Positions 52,344 to 64,000 of a stretch of 64,000 nucleotides of DNA are shown piece by piece. The stretch lies in NCBI GenBank assembly GCA_951406725.2, contig OX597817.1, positions 15,376,001 through 15,440,000 of the forward strand, given 5' to 3'. The position numbers and the translations under genes were made by a program. Under the pieces are notes generated by a model. The model saw only the letters and a list, made by a program, of their open reading frames with translations, searched no databases and was not told where the DNA came from. The stretch comes from Octopus vulgaris. Taxonomy: Eukaryota. Every line of letters starts with the position of its first letter. Positions within the stretch are counted from its first letter, which is position 1.

Positions 52344-53194
52344 TATAGAAAACAGTTATATGCGAGATTAATCACGGAATAAAAGTAAAAGAAGCAAAAA
52401 CAAAACATAATTAACCAGCGGTGGTGCCCCAGCATGGCCTCGGCCTTCGGGCTAAAACATTTTTAAGGATTTAAGGAACCTAAACAATTGTGGCTTATAT
52501 ATATATTCTTAAAGGAAAATATAGTTTTCTCGATATCTGAGAACCCATATCCAGTATATTTAAGATAACTTTAGGTCAATTCAGAAACGAAGTGAACGTT
52601 TGAGTTATCTCAGAACTGGAGATGATGATATGAATACGATAATAAGCTATTGGGAGATCCAATAAATATGATACGGAATGTATGAGACATTATGATCCTG
52701 AGATGCGCCAAAACTCCTCAATTCAGACATTGCATTGGTGGAAGTGTGCAGAAACACGTGCTGGCAGATACATATGTCTGGCATCTCCCTAATTAAATCC
52801 AGTTAATGGATCACATGCTCTTATCAATGAACCAATGTCTGTTTATGGTATGGCAGATAAAATGGTGTGGAGAAATTGGATGGTGGTGGTGGTGAGGATG
52901 AAGATGAGGATGATGATAGGGAAGGGTTTACTGCCATTGATAATTGTAACTCTAATTCTACAAATAAAATATAAATAACGAAGAAGTCAGAAATATTGCA
53001 TAAAATGGTTCGACCATGTAAATTAGCGTTTTCATTTTCTTTCAAGAGAAATTACAAAATTCATTTTTCTCTTTTTTTTTTACCTTTTTAATGTGGATTT
53101 CAGGAATATAAATGCACACACGCATGCACGTATGCGCGCATGTACACACACGGACATACGTGCACATACACACACGCATGTACGAGCGCGCGTG

Positions 53195-53257
<63 letters not shown>

Positions 53258-53890
53258 ACACTCGTGCACACATGCACACAGGCACGCATGCACAAATGCA
53301 CAAATGCACGCGCATACGCACGCGCAATTATTTCGGAAGTATGGTAAAAATAATTAAAACAAAAGATGTCAGAAATAATTTGAGGTGTAAAGGTATAAAA
53401 GATTATCTCAACGGTAGGTTTTGCAAAAGATAAAGAGCAGCAGATATGCGCTAGTGAGAGTTTTCAGTGAACCGCGTCTACGATCTGACTTGTATTCGCT
53501 CTTCGATTCCCAGGTTAAACTATTTCATTTACATTCGCTAAATTGTCTTCGAAAAGAAAATGACGACCCTCAGATTTCCATTTCCTCAATCCTTTAAAAA
53601 TCCAAAAGCTTCGTGTCAAAAGATTTTGTCATTGAAATGAAGTTTTGTTGGAAAAGCAACGTCTTCATTGAGCACTAAATACAATAAGTTCAATATTTTA
53701 TTATTTTTTTTATACAGATTTCATTTTAGGTAACAACTTGGACCCCCAACTACTTACATTCAAAAGCAGGTGGCAATTGTGTTATATCTTACGAAAGATT
53801 CAATATAAGCATTTCAACTACGAAATGAAGGTCAATCTCAGATCCTCATCAAAACTGCAACATTGAACAACTAACAGCAACAGCTAACAG

Positions 53891-54105
<215 letters not shown>

Positions 54106-54223
54106 TTTCTATCATGAGAGTGTGTGTATTGGTATAATGATAATAATATACAAATATTGATATGGATATGCCTACACTGATATACAAATTCCTCTCCCTC
54201 CATCTCTCTTTCATTGCATACGT

Positions 54224-54268
<45 letters not shown>

Positions 54269-54819
54269 AAGGAAAGAAGGACGGTGTAAAGAAGGAAAGG
54301 AAAATTCTAGGAGATAGACAAATAGACAAGAATATATATGTAAAAAAAAAAGTATAACTACAACAAAAAACAGTAGTAGTAGTAGTAGCAGCAGCAGCAA
54401 CAGTAGAAGCAAAAACAACACAAATGAGTGGGAAGAACAAATTAGTAGGAGAGTGCAAACGGAATGAGAGAAAACTGCAGCGAAAAAATATTACTTTACA
54501 AAATCGCTTGTTTTCTGTCGTATAGTACATGCAGCACATAAGCTTAAGAACAACAAACTGGCATCGATCCAGGATCGCTCTATTGGTATATAACGACTAT
54601 AAATAGCTGCCCAACCTTAAAGCTGTTATCTTTCGAAACGCCTCGACACGTGATTTAGCGATCATGTTTTCATACAGGTGCAAAAGAGATAACAATGTGA
54701 ATGGTGCTTGTGAACTCAACTTAGACACATCCTTCGCTTTACATATATACAGTATACGAGGAATCCATATCAAGAATCAACAGCAGCATAATTTTTCTGC
54801 AGTTGTCGTTATTATTATT

Positions 54820-54910
54820 ATTATCATCGTCGTCGTCATCGTCTCCGCCATCGTCGTCGTCATCATCATCGTCATCATCATCGTCATCATCGTCGTCATC
54901 ATCGTCATCA

Positions 54911-54952
<42 letters not shown>

Positions 54953-55150
54953 TCATCATCATCATCATCATCATCGTCGTCGTCGTCGTCATCATCATCA
55001 TCATCGTCATCATCATAATCGTCATCATCATCATCATCAACATCACCATCATCATCATCATCATCATCATCGTCGTCATCGTCATCGTCATCATCATCAT
55101 CATCATCGTCATCATCATCACCATCATCATCATCATCGTCGTCGTCGTCG

Positions 55151-55197
<47 letters not shown>

Positions 55198-55267
55198 GTC
55201 GTCGTCATCGTCATCGTCATCATCGTCATCGTCATCATCATCATCATCATCATCATCGTCGTCATCG

Positions 55268-55302
<35 letters not shown>

Positions 55303-55470
55303 GTCATCATCATCATCGTCATCATCATCATCGTCATCATCATCATCATCATCGTCATCATCATCATCGTCATCATCATCATCGTCATCATCATCATCGT
55401 CATCATCATCATCATCATCATCGTCATCATCATCATCATCATCATGATCGTCGTCATCATCGTCATCATC
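54820..55470. repeat. (CAT/CGT)n trinucleotide tract, about 650 bp
   Basis: Direct reading. Confidence 0.98.
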
Positions 55471-55483
55471 ATTTTCAATTATC

Positions 55484-55738
55484 AAGGTGGCGAGCTGGCA
55501 GAATCGTTAACCGCGCCGGCCGGACTAAAAATGCTTTGCGGCATTTCGTCCGTCTTTTAACGTTCCGAGTTCAAGCGCCACTGGTGGTGGTGGTGGGGGG
55601 GGGGTCGACTTTGCCTTTCATCCTTTCGGGGGGGATCGATAAAATAAGTACCTGTTAAGCACTGAGGTCGATGTAATCGACATATTATTCCCCACCACTA
55701 CCCCAAAATTTCTGGCTCCGTGCCAAGATTTGAAACCG
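55484..55738 (+). mobile_element. SINE family B
   Basis: GGTGGCGAGCTGGCAGAA...GTCGACTTTGCCTTTCATCCTTTCGGGG. Confidence 0.85.
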
Positions 55739-56478
55739 TTATGATTATTATTATTACTATCACCTTTCTTTTTCATAGACATTTAAAGCTTCTCTCTAAC
55801 ATCTATATTCCTGTTTTGATTATTTATGATATTTTTTCTTTCTTTTAATTGAGAGAGCAACACATACTTGTGTCTAAAAAGAGAAGTGTGACGAATTTTC
55901 GGCTTATGACGCACAGCCCAAAAAAAGAAAAGTAAAGAAAAGAAAAGAAAAACAGAACAGAACAAAACTAAAACAAAAACAAAAAGTAACAAAAACATAA
56001 ACAGGAACATGAGAAGAGAAGGTGAAAAGTTTTGAGAATAAAATGCACAAACATATATCGTTCTTCCTCTCACAACTATAATATAAGACTAATGTAACCA
56101 TATAAGATGGACTTCAATGGTAAATAAATAGATAAATAAATAAATAAAATAAAATGGTGGTTTTTTAGGTTCTCGGTGTGACTAGCGATTCAGAATACTC
56201 GTTAAATCTCTTGGCAAACCTGACGTGCAGTTAGTTGTTGCTATCGCATTTTATGGTGCTGATGCCCTTGGAAAAGGCATGGAAATGACAATTTCTGTTT
56301 TAGATGCCTCTTTGAAGTCAATAGAACAGATCAACTGTTAATGGGTATCGCTTTTCACGAAAGGTCTAGCAAATGGTGGGGAGATAAGGAAATAGTTATC
56401 CAATTCAATTATTCTCATCATCATCGTTGTCGTCGTCCAATTCAATTATTCTCATCATCATCATCATCGTTGTCGTAG

Positions 56479-56540
<62 letters not shown>

Positions 56541-56565
56541 GTAGGTAGATAGGTAGGTAGGTAGG

Positions 56566-56634
<69 letters not shown>

Positions 56635-56963
56635 GTTGTTGTTGCTGTTGCTTTTTGTGAGCAGAGAACTAAACAATGATTGATGTTAGAATGCATTTTA
56701 TGGAGTGGAACATGGGATGCAGGTGCAGAAGTATTTAAAGGGCATAAAATAAAGATTTTGGGAAAAAAGGATATCGTAAAAGCGAGCAAACTGGTCGGAA
56801 ATCAGTTTTAGGTTTCTTTGAATTGTCTTTGATATGCCTTTTCCATTTGCACTTAGCTTAGAAAGAGTAAATATTTATCTTTAAGTCTAATAGTAGAAAA
56901 AAAAATCGCTAGCAGGAACCTAGAATAACTTAAGTCATTGGCACAGTTTCAGCATATGCATGT

Positions 56964-57064
<101 letters not shown>

Positions 57065-57306
57065 TGTGTGTGTGGTGTGTGTTAATACGAATGTTTTATG
57101 TATGCATGTATCTATGTGCGTATATGTATGCATACACATACTCATACACACATATGTATTTTTATATATATATATGAATATATAAGCGTTACTAGACACA
57201 TCTGCTTTATTGTTACCAACAACTTTACCGAGAGAGTTTACATACCGATAGAGAATGGATTCTGCTAGATACAATTATGATAATCAAGAAAGAAAGAGAA
57301 GAGAGG

Positions 57307-57374
<68 letters not shown>

Positions 57375-59213
57375 TAGAGAGAGAGAGGAATAGAAAGCGG
57401 TATGGAGGGAAAGAGGGTAAGAGTGAGAGAGAGAAAGAGGGATAGAAAGAGGTAGGGAGGGAGAGAGAAAGAGAGACGATGTGCAATTAACCAAGATTTG
57501 GATTGTGTACATAGAAATACAAGACACGCTCGCTTGTCTACCGAATGAAAGCGGCTAAAAAGAATAAATTCACAATTTTTATTTGCTTTCTTCTTCTTCT
57601 TTCTTTTTCGTCGAGATTTCAAGATAAAAATCTAATAGGATTCTAAAAAACCGTCATTATTAGGATATAGGCTGACAATGGTTTTCAACAACTGTCAACA
57701 GCGACGGCAGGCGGCAGCGACAACCAGCGTAGGCAGCAGTAATCATGGCAGCATCAGTATAACAGCAGCGATGAAGCAACAACAGTGGTGAATAGTGACA
57801 ACATCAGCGCGAGAAATATCAATAGTTATCGTGGCAATAGCGACTGCAGCAGTGATTAGTGTGGCAGCAGCAGTGATTAACGGAGCAGCAACAATCGCTG
57901 CCTTTAAATTAGCTGATGACTTGGCTCATTGAATGTCTTGCTGTTAAATAGCGAAGGAAGGGAAAATACAAGCGAGATAGTTTAACAGTGAAAGAGCTGA
58001 ATGAAAAGAATTGAAACTGAACAGATTTGTAATTCCGTGACAGTTAATAGAAACACTAAGGCGAATGTGCGTACAAGACAGAGACTATATATATACATAT
58101 ATATATACGTGTCTATAAAGGAAGAAAGATAATATAGAGAAGGGGGAAAAAACTTGGTGGGTGAATATATGAATGAATAAATATAATGTAATGAATGTGC
58201 AACAAGTAGCTAATGAAATTATGATAATAGAATGGATCGTATTTAAATTACATGGAGGAGTATGAGAAAAGAGGGTTGCCGAGTAGAGCAATGTCCACAG
58301 TCATCGTAGGCTCGCCTATACAAACGCATAGGTGTAACTTAAGTATGTAATTTAGATTTGTTGTAAAGAGGAAAATCTGTATAGGTAGTGAATTCCAAGA
58401 GATTTTAAATCTTGGGTAGAAAGGGTTAGAAGAGGGGCAGTTGGTAATTATGTAGTCGGAATCGTTTTTTGATATTTAGAGAGGGTATCTGCAAATTTGC
58501 AAATGCAAATGAGTGGAGTCTGTCGTAATAGAAACGAATAAAATACAGTCAGAAGACAACCCAACAGCGGCCTCGTGATTTATGTAAGTGTTGATAAGTG
58601 TAAATTTACACATCATTCTATATATATATATGGTGGAATCGAAGCTGGATCAAGGTCAACTGATGTCCTAAGCAGAATGGTATCCAACAATTATTTCCCC
58701 GATCCTTCCATTGTCTGACAAGCCCTAAAGACATAAGCCATGAATCAATAAAATCAAATTTCGATTTTCTTCTAGATTGCTCCCCACAACTATATTTAAT
58801 ATAATCTGTCCAGTTTTATATATTTCACACTAAATAGCAATAATATGTTATTTACTTGCAACAAAGGCAAAAAAAAAATGCAGTTTTTAACAATTTTTGT
58901 GGGCCCCTGTTTTGACTGGATCATTTGTACCATAGTACATTCGGTACTTAAAACCCGCCTCGGAGGTACTCCCATCCTTTGAAGCCCTAAACACGTTTTT
59001 TATTTTTGATTAATGGCTAATCCGAACACGTGTCAACTGAGATTCTGGTATCCAAAAATCTGATTTAAAGAAAGGACCATCAAGAATATATATTAAAACC
59101 CCAATCTTTTCACGATAAATGGAAATAAAACAATGTGTAAACTCCTAACTGGTTTAGTTTATATCAATAAATGAGCTCACAGCAAAAAGAAGTACTTGTT
59201 CTGAATACATATA

Positions 59214-59421
59214 CGAAAGGTGCTGAAAAGTACCTGGCTTTAAGGAAAGGCTTGGTTGGAGGCTCAACCTTCCTGGTTATTTTACAGGGTCTTAGGAAAC
59301 CTTAAGGACCACTGCAATAAGTATGTGAATATGAGAGGGAAATATGTTGAATAAAATCATAATTAATTGATCCTCCTGTATCTTCCTTAAGGCAAAGCTA
59401 AGAACTTTTCAGCACCCATCG
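59214..59421 (+). mobile_element. Mariner-derived MITE
   Basis: TA|CGAAAGGTGCTGAAAAGT...ACTTTTCAGCACCCATCG|TA; retains transposase C-terminus CNKYVNMRGKYVE*. Confidence 0.85.
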
Positions 59422-59447
59422 TATACATACAAATATATATATATATA

Positions 59448-59634
59448 TGGGGAGTTTACGAAAAAAACAATAGACGAAGACCGGTGGTGTACAAAACAAA
59501 CAGATATATTAGTATAACGCTCAGGAATAGAAAACGTCTTTTAGGTTTCGAGCCTACGCTCTTCTACAGAAAGGGACACAGAAAAAAACAAGGAGGGAAA
59601 AAATGTGTGTGTGGCTAACGATCTATCATGGGGA

Positions 59635-59637
<3 letters not shown>
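59448..59637 (-). mobile_element. Penelope-like repeat fragment in (TA)n with degenerate hammerhead motif
   Basis: Minus: CTTT-CTGTAGA-A-GAGC gtag GCTC-GAAA-CC-TA-AAAG (59538-59573). Confidence 0.6.
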
Positions 59638-59706
<69 letters not shown>

Positions 59707-59707
<1 letters not shown>

Positions 59708-60999
59708 GAGGGGTGTATGAAAAGTCTTGAGCCTCAAAAAAATAAAACATGGTACAAGACTGCTTATTTTTCAACATAGTCCCCCCTCGATGGCTGAACA
59801 CTTTCTCCAGCGGTGCTGAAGCGCCATTATCCCAGCGTAGAAGAACTCTTTTGTTTGAGACTCCAAGAAACTTCCTACAGCATCTATGACGTCATTGTCA
59901 CTGGCAAAATGGCAACCAGCCAGAGCTTTTTTTTCATTTTTGGAAACAGATGAAAGTCAGAGGGAGCTAAGTCTGGCGAATAAGGCGGATGGGGAACACG
60001 TTTGTATCTACAATCACGTATTGTTGCCATGGCAACCACTGAGGTGTGGGCTGGAGCATTGTCGTGATGAAAAAGGACTCCTCTGGTGAGCATTCCTGGC
60101 CTTTTTTCTTTGATTGCTTCTCGGAGGCATTTCAGTAGCTGAGAATAACACAGCCTTGTCACAGTGTGGCCCTTTTCGAGGTAATCGACCAGCAAGATAC
60201 CTTGAGAATCCCCCCAAAAAAACGGAAGCCATGACCTTGCCAGCTGAAGGAATGATCCTGTCCTTCTTTGGGGTAGGAGAAGATGTGTACTTCCACTGCT
60301 TTGATTGTTCTTTGGTTTCAGGCTGGTAGTGAAGAACCCATCTTTCGTCCATAATAATGAAACGAGCAAGAAAATTCTCTTCATCGGCTTCAAACAGTTC
60401 CAGATTGCTCGTGGACAAAGTGCATCTGGTGCGTTTCTGTTCAGGAGTCAAAAGGCAGGGGACCCACCTTGCAGAAACCTTTGAGAACCCAAGTTCTTTT
60501 GTCACAAAGTTGTCTGCTCTTTCAGTTGAAATGCCCAGTCTCTCGGCTATCTGACGACATGATATTCGGCGATCGTGCATGATCATACCAAGAGCAAGGT
60601 CTAGTTTGTTCTTGGTGGTTGCTATTGGAGGCCTCCCTGAACGGGGATCATCTTCTACACTCTCCTTACCACGCTTGAATTCATTTACCCGGTGTTTGAC
60701 TGTTGCATATGAAGGAGCATTGTCTGTTAAGGTTCTCACCATATCTTCATGGATTTCTGATGGAGTCGTGCCTTTCAAATTAAGGTACTTTATGACAGCA
60801 CGATACCCAGTTTTCTCCATTTTTCTTGTAAACTTGAAACTTGTTTATTCAAAAATCTGCAACAAAAACAATTAAAATATCAGAATCAGGAAAATGAGCA
60901 AGAATACTCCGGAAAGACTGTAGTTACCAGAAAAAATTGTTTCAGCTATATAACAGTCCCATATCTAGGTTAGGCTCAAAACTTTTCATACACCGCTTG
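59707..60999 (-). mobile_element. Full-length mariner transposon, 1293 bp
   Basis: 28-bp TIRs CGAGGGGTGTATGAAAAGTCTTGAGCCT / AGGCTCAAAACTTTTCATACACCGCTTG, TA flanks. Confidence 0.97.
59764..60820 (-). pseudogene. Mariner D,D34D transposase with two frameshifts
   Basis: MEKTGYRAVIKYL..WVPCLL..IMDERW..HHDNAPAH..PYSPDLAPSDFHLF..EGDYVEK*; shifts at homopolymers near 60215 and 59930. Confidence 0.93.
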
Positions 61000-61048
61000 T
61001 ATATATACACATACATACATACATACATACATACATACATACATACAT

Positions 61049-61081
<33 letters not shown>

Positions 61082-61101
61082 TACATACATACATACATAC
61101 A

Positions 61102-61174
<73 letters not shown>

Positions 61175-61221
61175 ATGTATATATAATGAAAAGTTTTGAG
61201 CCTAACCTAGATATGGGACTG

Positions 61222-61255
<34 letters not shown>

Positions 61256-61399
61256 TATGATAAAAGGCAGAGGGCTAGTAGTCCTTCACTCCCAATGGTT
61301 TAACCGTGCGATCGGGTATTCAGTCCGATTATTTCTATGTCCCCGCGCATGATACAGCCTTAAGACATTTATTGGATGGTCGTTGACGGGTTTTGTTTT

Positions 61400-62290
61400 T
61401 CATCCCGCAGGGTGTCCAATAAACACCCTCCTCACCAAGCAAGCTTGGTGGGGTTGCCGGTTTAGTCGCCGACGACCCGACCATGCAACAGGTTGTACTG
61501 GGTTACATGTTACCAGTAGCACTCGAAAGTGACCTGACATACATACATACATACATACGTACATACTGGTTGATTGCTCCATCTTCACAGATGATTGCCG
61601 TTTCCTTGTGCTTCCTCATTGTCAATGACATTTCTGACTTTCCGTCCATGACCCTTCAGAGAACTGTTTAGTCTCGCTGCAGATCTGCATAGCTTAGAGC
61701 ATAGATATCAGACAAAAGTTGTAACTTCCACTGGATCGACCAGGTCAATCCGTAGGATAAGGTGTTCCCCGGTCAAAGTTCAGACGTTTTTGACTAAAAG
61801 TTGAAATTTCTCACTGGTTAAGTTTGCGCACGTCGCCATTGTTCCATCGGCATTGCGCTTTCAGTTGATGGAATGACAAATGAGACCACCATAAAGATAC
61901 GTCTGTATGCCATTTAATTATAGTGATAAGCATTTGTACAACACGAGCACCACTCTCCGAGTCTCTGTGATTACTACTCAGTGACAAGTCGAAGCGAGAT
62001 GACCAGTAACCACGTGAAACTGCAACTAGTAGGAGACTGTGACAACAGCTAGTACTCCATCGATCCCAATGGTTTTACAGCTGCTGGACAGCATTTGACC
62101 TTACAAAGTTCATCCGCCGTTTGGCCGATTTTGTTTCTCAGCCTGCAGAGTGTCCAACTACAACCCTTACAAGGCAGGTTTGGTAGGGTTGCCGGTTTGG
62201 GCGCCGACGGCCCAACCTTGTGACAGGTCGTACTGGGGTACATGCTACCAGTCGCACTAAGAGTGACATGACATACATGCATACGTATGT
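61400..62290 (+). mobile_element. Two copies of a retroelement 3' end with (CATA)n tail (about 61400-61565 and 62145-62290)
   Basis: GGGTTGCCGGTTT..CGCCGACG..CAGGT(T/C)GTACTGGG.TACATG.TACCAGT.GCACT...AGTGAC.TGA(CATA)n. Confidence 0.65.
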
Positions 62291-62497
62291 ATGTATGTAT
62301 GTATGTATGTATGTATGTATGTATGTATGTATGTATGTATGTATGTATGTATGTATGTATGTATGTATCTATGTATGCATGTATGTATGTATGTATGTAT
62401 GTATGTATGTATGTATCTATCTATCTATCTATCTATCTATCTCTATCTCTGTCTCTGTCTCTATCTGTCTCTCTCTCTGTCTCTCTGTCTCTCTCTG

Positions 62498-62581
<84 letters not shown>

Positions 62582-63448
62582 GTATGTATTATGTTTATTT
62601 AAACTTAGGAGACACTCGGCTTTCATTTGTCACTGTATATAATTTATTTACAACACGCTATAATGGTCTGCGGGTAATGGCTAAATTGCCGGAACTCTTT
62701 GATTGTTTTCTTTCTTCTATTTGAAAGGAGGAATATTTCCCGAAATATCATAGGGTCATTAAACAACCTGAGTGTGATACAACAATATTTTCATTTATTG
62801 ACATGACCTTAGATATTTTGCATAACATCATTCCTGCTTTGCAGAAAGACTTTTGAAACATGTATATCATTTACGCACTTTGCAATACTTCACGCAAAAA
62901 TTACAATATTCTTTTATATATTTTATGATTTTAGGAATGCGTCCACTGACTTGACGCTGTAAATCAAAGTCTTTTAAGAAAGCGGACGAATAATTGGACT
63001 ATAAATTCACAGTATTTGAGTTTGTAATGTATTCTGCTATCGCTACCCTTCTGTCTCTCGCTTCGTACACATATATCAAATTTATACAGATATTAAAATA
63101 ATGGCTAGCATTCGGTTTTGCGTTATCCAGCCACTGCATGACAAGCACAAAGACACACACACACAAAAAATCGCGCGCACACACACACAGCCGCACTCTT
63201 ACACACGCGCATGCACACATATATACGACAGGCTTCCGTACAATTTCCTTCTACTATATTTTCTCACAAGGCATTGATCGATCCAGGGCTACAACAGAAG
63301 ACGTTTTGCAAGGTGTCGCGCAGTGGGACTGAACCCCAAACTACGTGTTTATAAAGCCAGCTTCTTAACCACACACCTATGCTTGTACAAACCCAGCTCG
63401 TGTTTGAAAGAATTTGAAAAGAATATTTGTATCTGCGTAATATATTAT

Positions 63449-63807
63449 GGAAGCACTCCGTCGGTTACGACGACGAGGGTTCCGGTTGATCCGATCAACG
63501 GAACAGCCTGCTCGTGAAACTAACGTGTAAGTGGCTGAGCACTCCACAGACACGTGCACCCTTAACGTAGTTCTCGGGGATATTCAGCGTGACACAGAGA
63601 GTGACAAGGCCGGCCCCTTGAAATACAGGTACAACAGAAACAGGAAGTAAGAGTGAGAGAAAGTTGTGGTGAAAGAGTACAGCAGGGATCACCACCTTTT
63701 AGGTGTTTTCGCTCAATAAACACTCACAACGCCCGGTCTGGGAATCGAAACTGCGATCCTATGACCGCGAGTTCGCTGCCCTAATCACTGGGCCATTGCG
63801 CCTCCAC
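63449..63807 (-). mobile_element. SINE family D
   Basis: Near-identical to 15433-15817 apart from an internal deletion. Confidence 0.9.
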
Positions 63808-64000
63808 AATATATTACAAATATATTAATGGGCATTAAAAAAATTGTTAGTCCAAAATGCGACGTTCTTTCATCATCATTTTTAATAATCCGTTGACTTT
63901 TCAAACAGGAGTTTTGCAAAACTTAATTTTTTAGGCAAAAACTTGGTTGAACAGAAGAGGTACCAGATCTTCGGCAAGAATGCTATTCCAAATAGTTTCA

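Noticed and set aside
54664-55560. Long poly-Asp / poly-Ile-Val / poly-Ser ORFs
   Set aside because: Translation of a (CAT/CGT)n microsatellite; apparent synonymous GAT/GAC variation is expected from repeat mutation and there is no flanking domain
56169-56341. Plus-strand coding exon (~50 open codons)
   Set aside because: Acceptor frames close early and the GATGCCCTTGGAAAAGGCATG core looks like a decayed SINE
57690-57935. Ala/Val-rich transmembrane-like frame
   Set aside because: Degenerate (CAG/GCA)n low-complexity tract without start or splice support

Overview
AT-rich, repeat-saturated animal genomic DNA with one 100-N scaffold gap (49181-49280). The SINE families and very long (TA)n/(GATA)n/(TACA)n tracts point to an octopus genome (inference). 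No intact, recognisable host protein-coding gene is present, and almost all ORFs in the track are microsatellite or SINE artefacts. Recognisable elements are at least five SINE families, a near-complete mariner (59707-60999), mariner/Tc1/hAT/TTAA-type MITEs and relics, R4/Dong, CRE and RTE LINE fragments, a Helitron PIF1-helicase fragment and two Penelope-like GIY-YIG relics. The most interesting signal is a set of minimal type I hammerhead-ribozyme motifs in Penelope-like terminal-repeat fragments: one near-canonical copy (43467-43505) and a reconstructed variant with a swapped G3-C8 core pair inside a duplicated 254-bp fold-back (6362-6615, 7186-7438). Other highlights are a young 152-bp satellite born from two SINE tails (1669-2750) and a CpG-retaining CRE/ETS promoter candidate at about 42.45 kb. 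That promoter may drive a multi-exon, apparently non-coding minus-strand transcript. All calls were made by eye, and boundaries of degenerate repeats are approximate.
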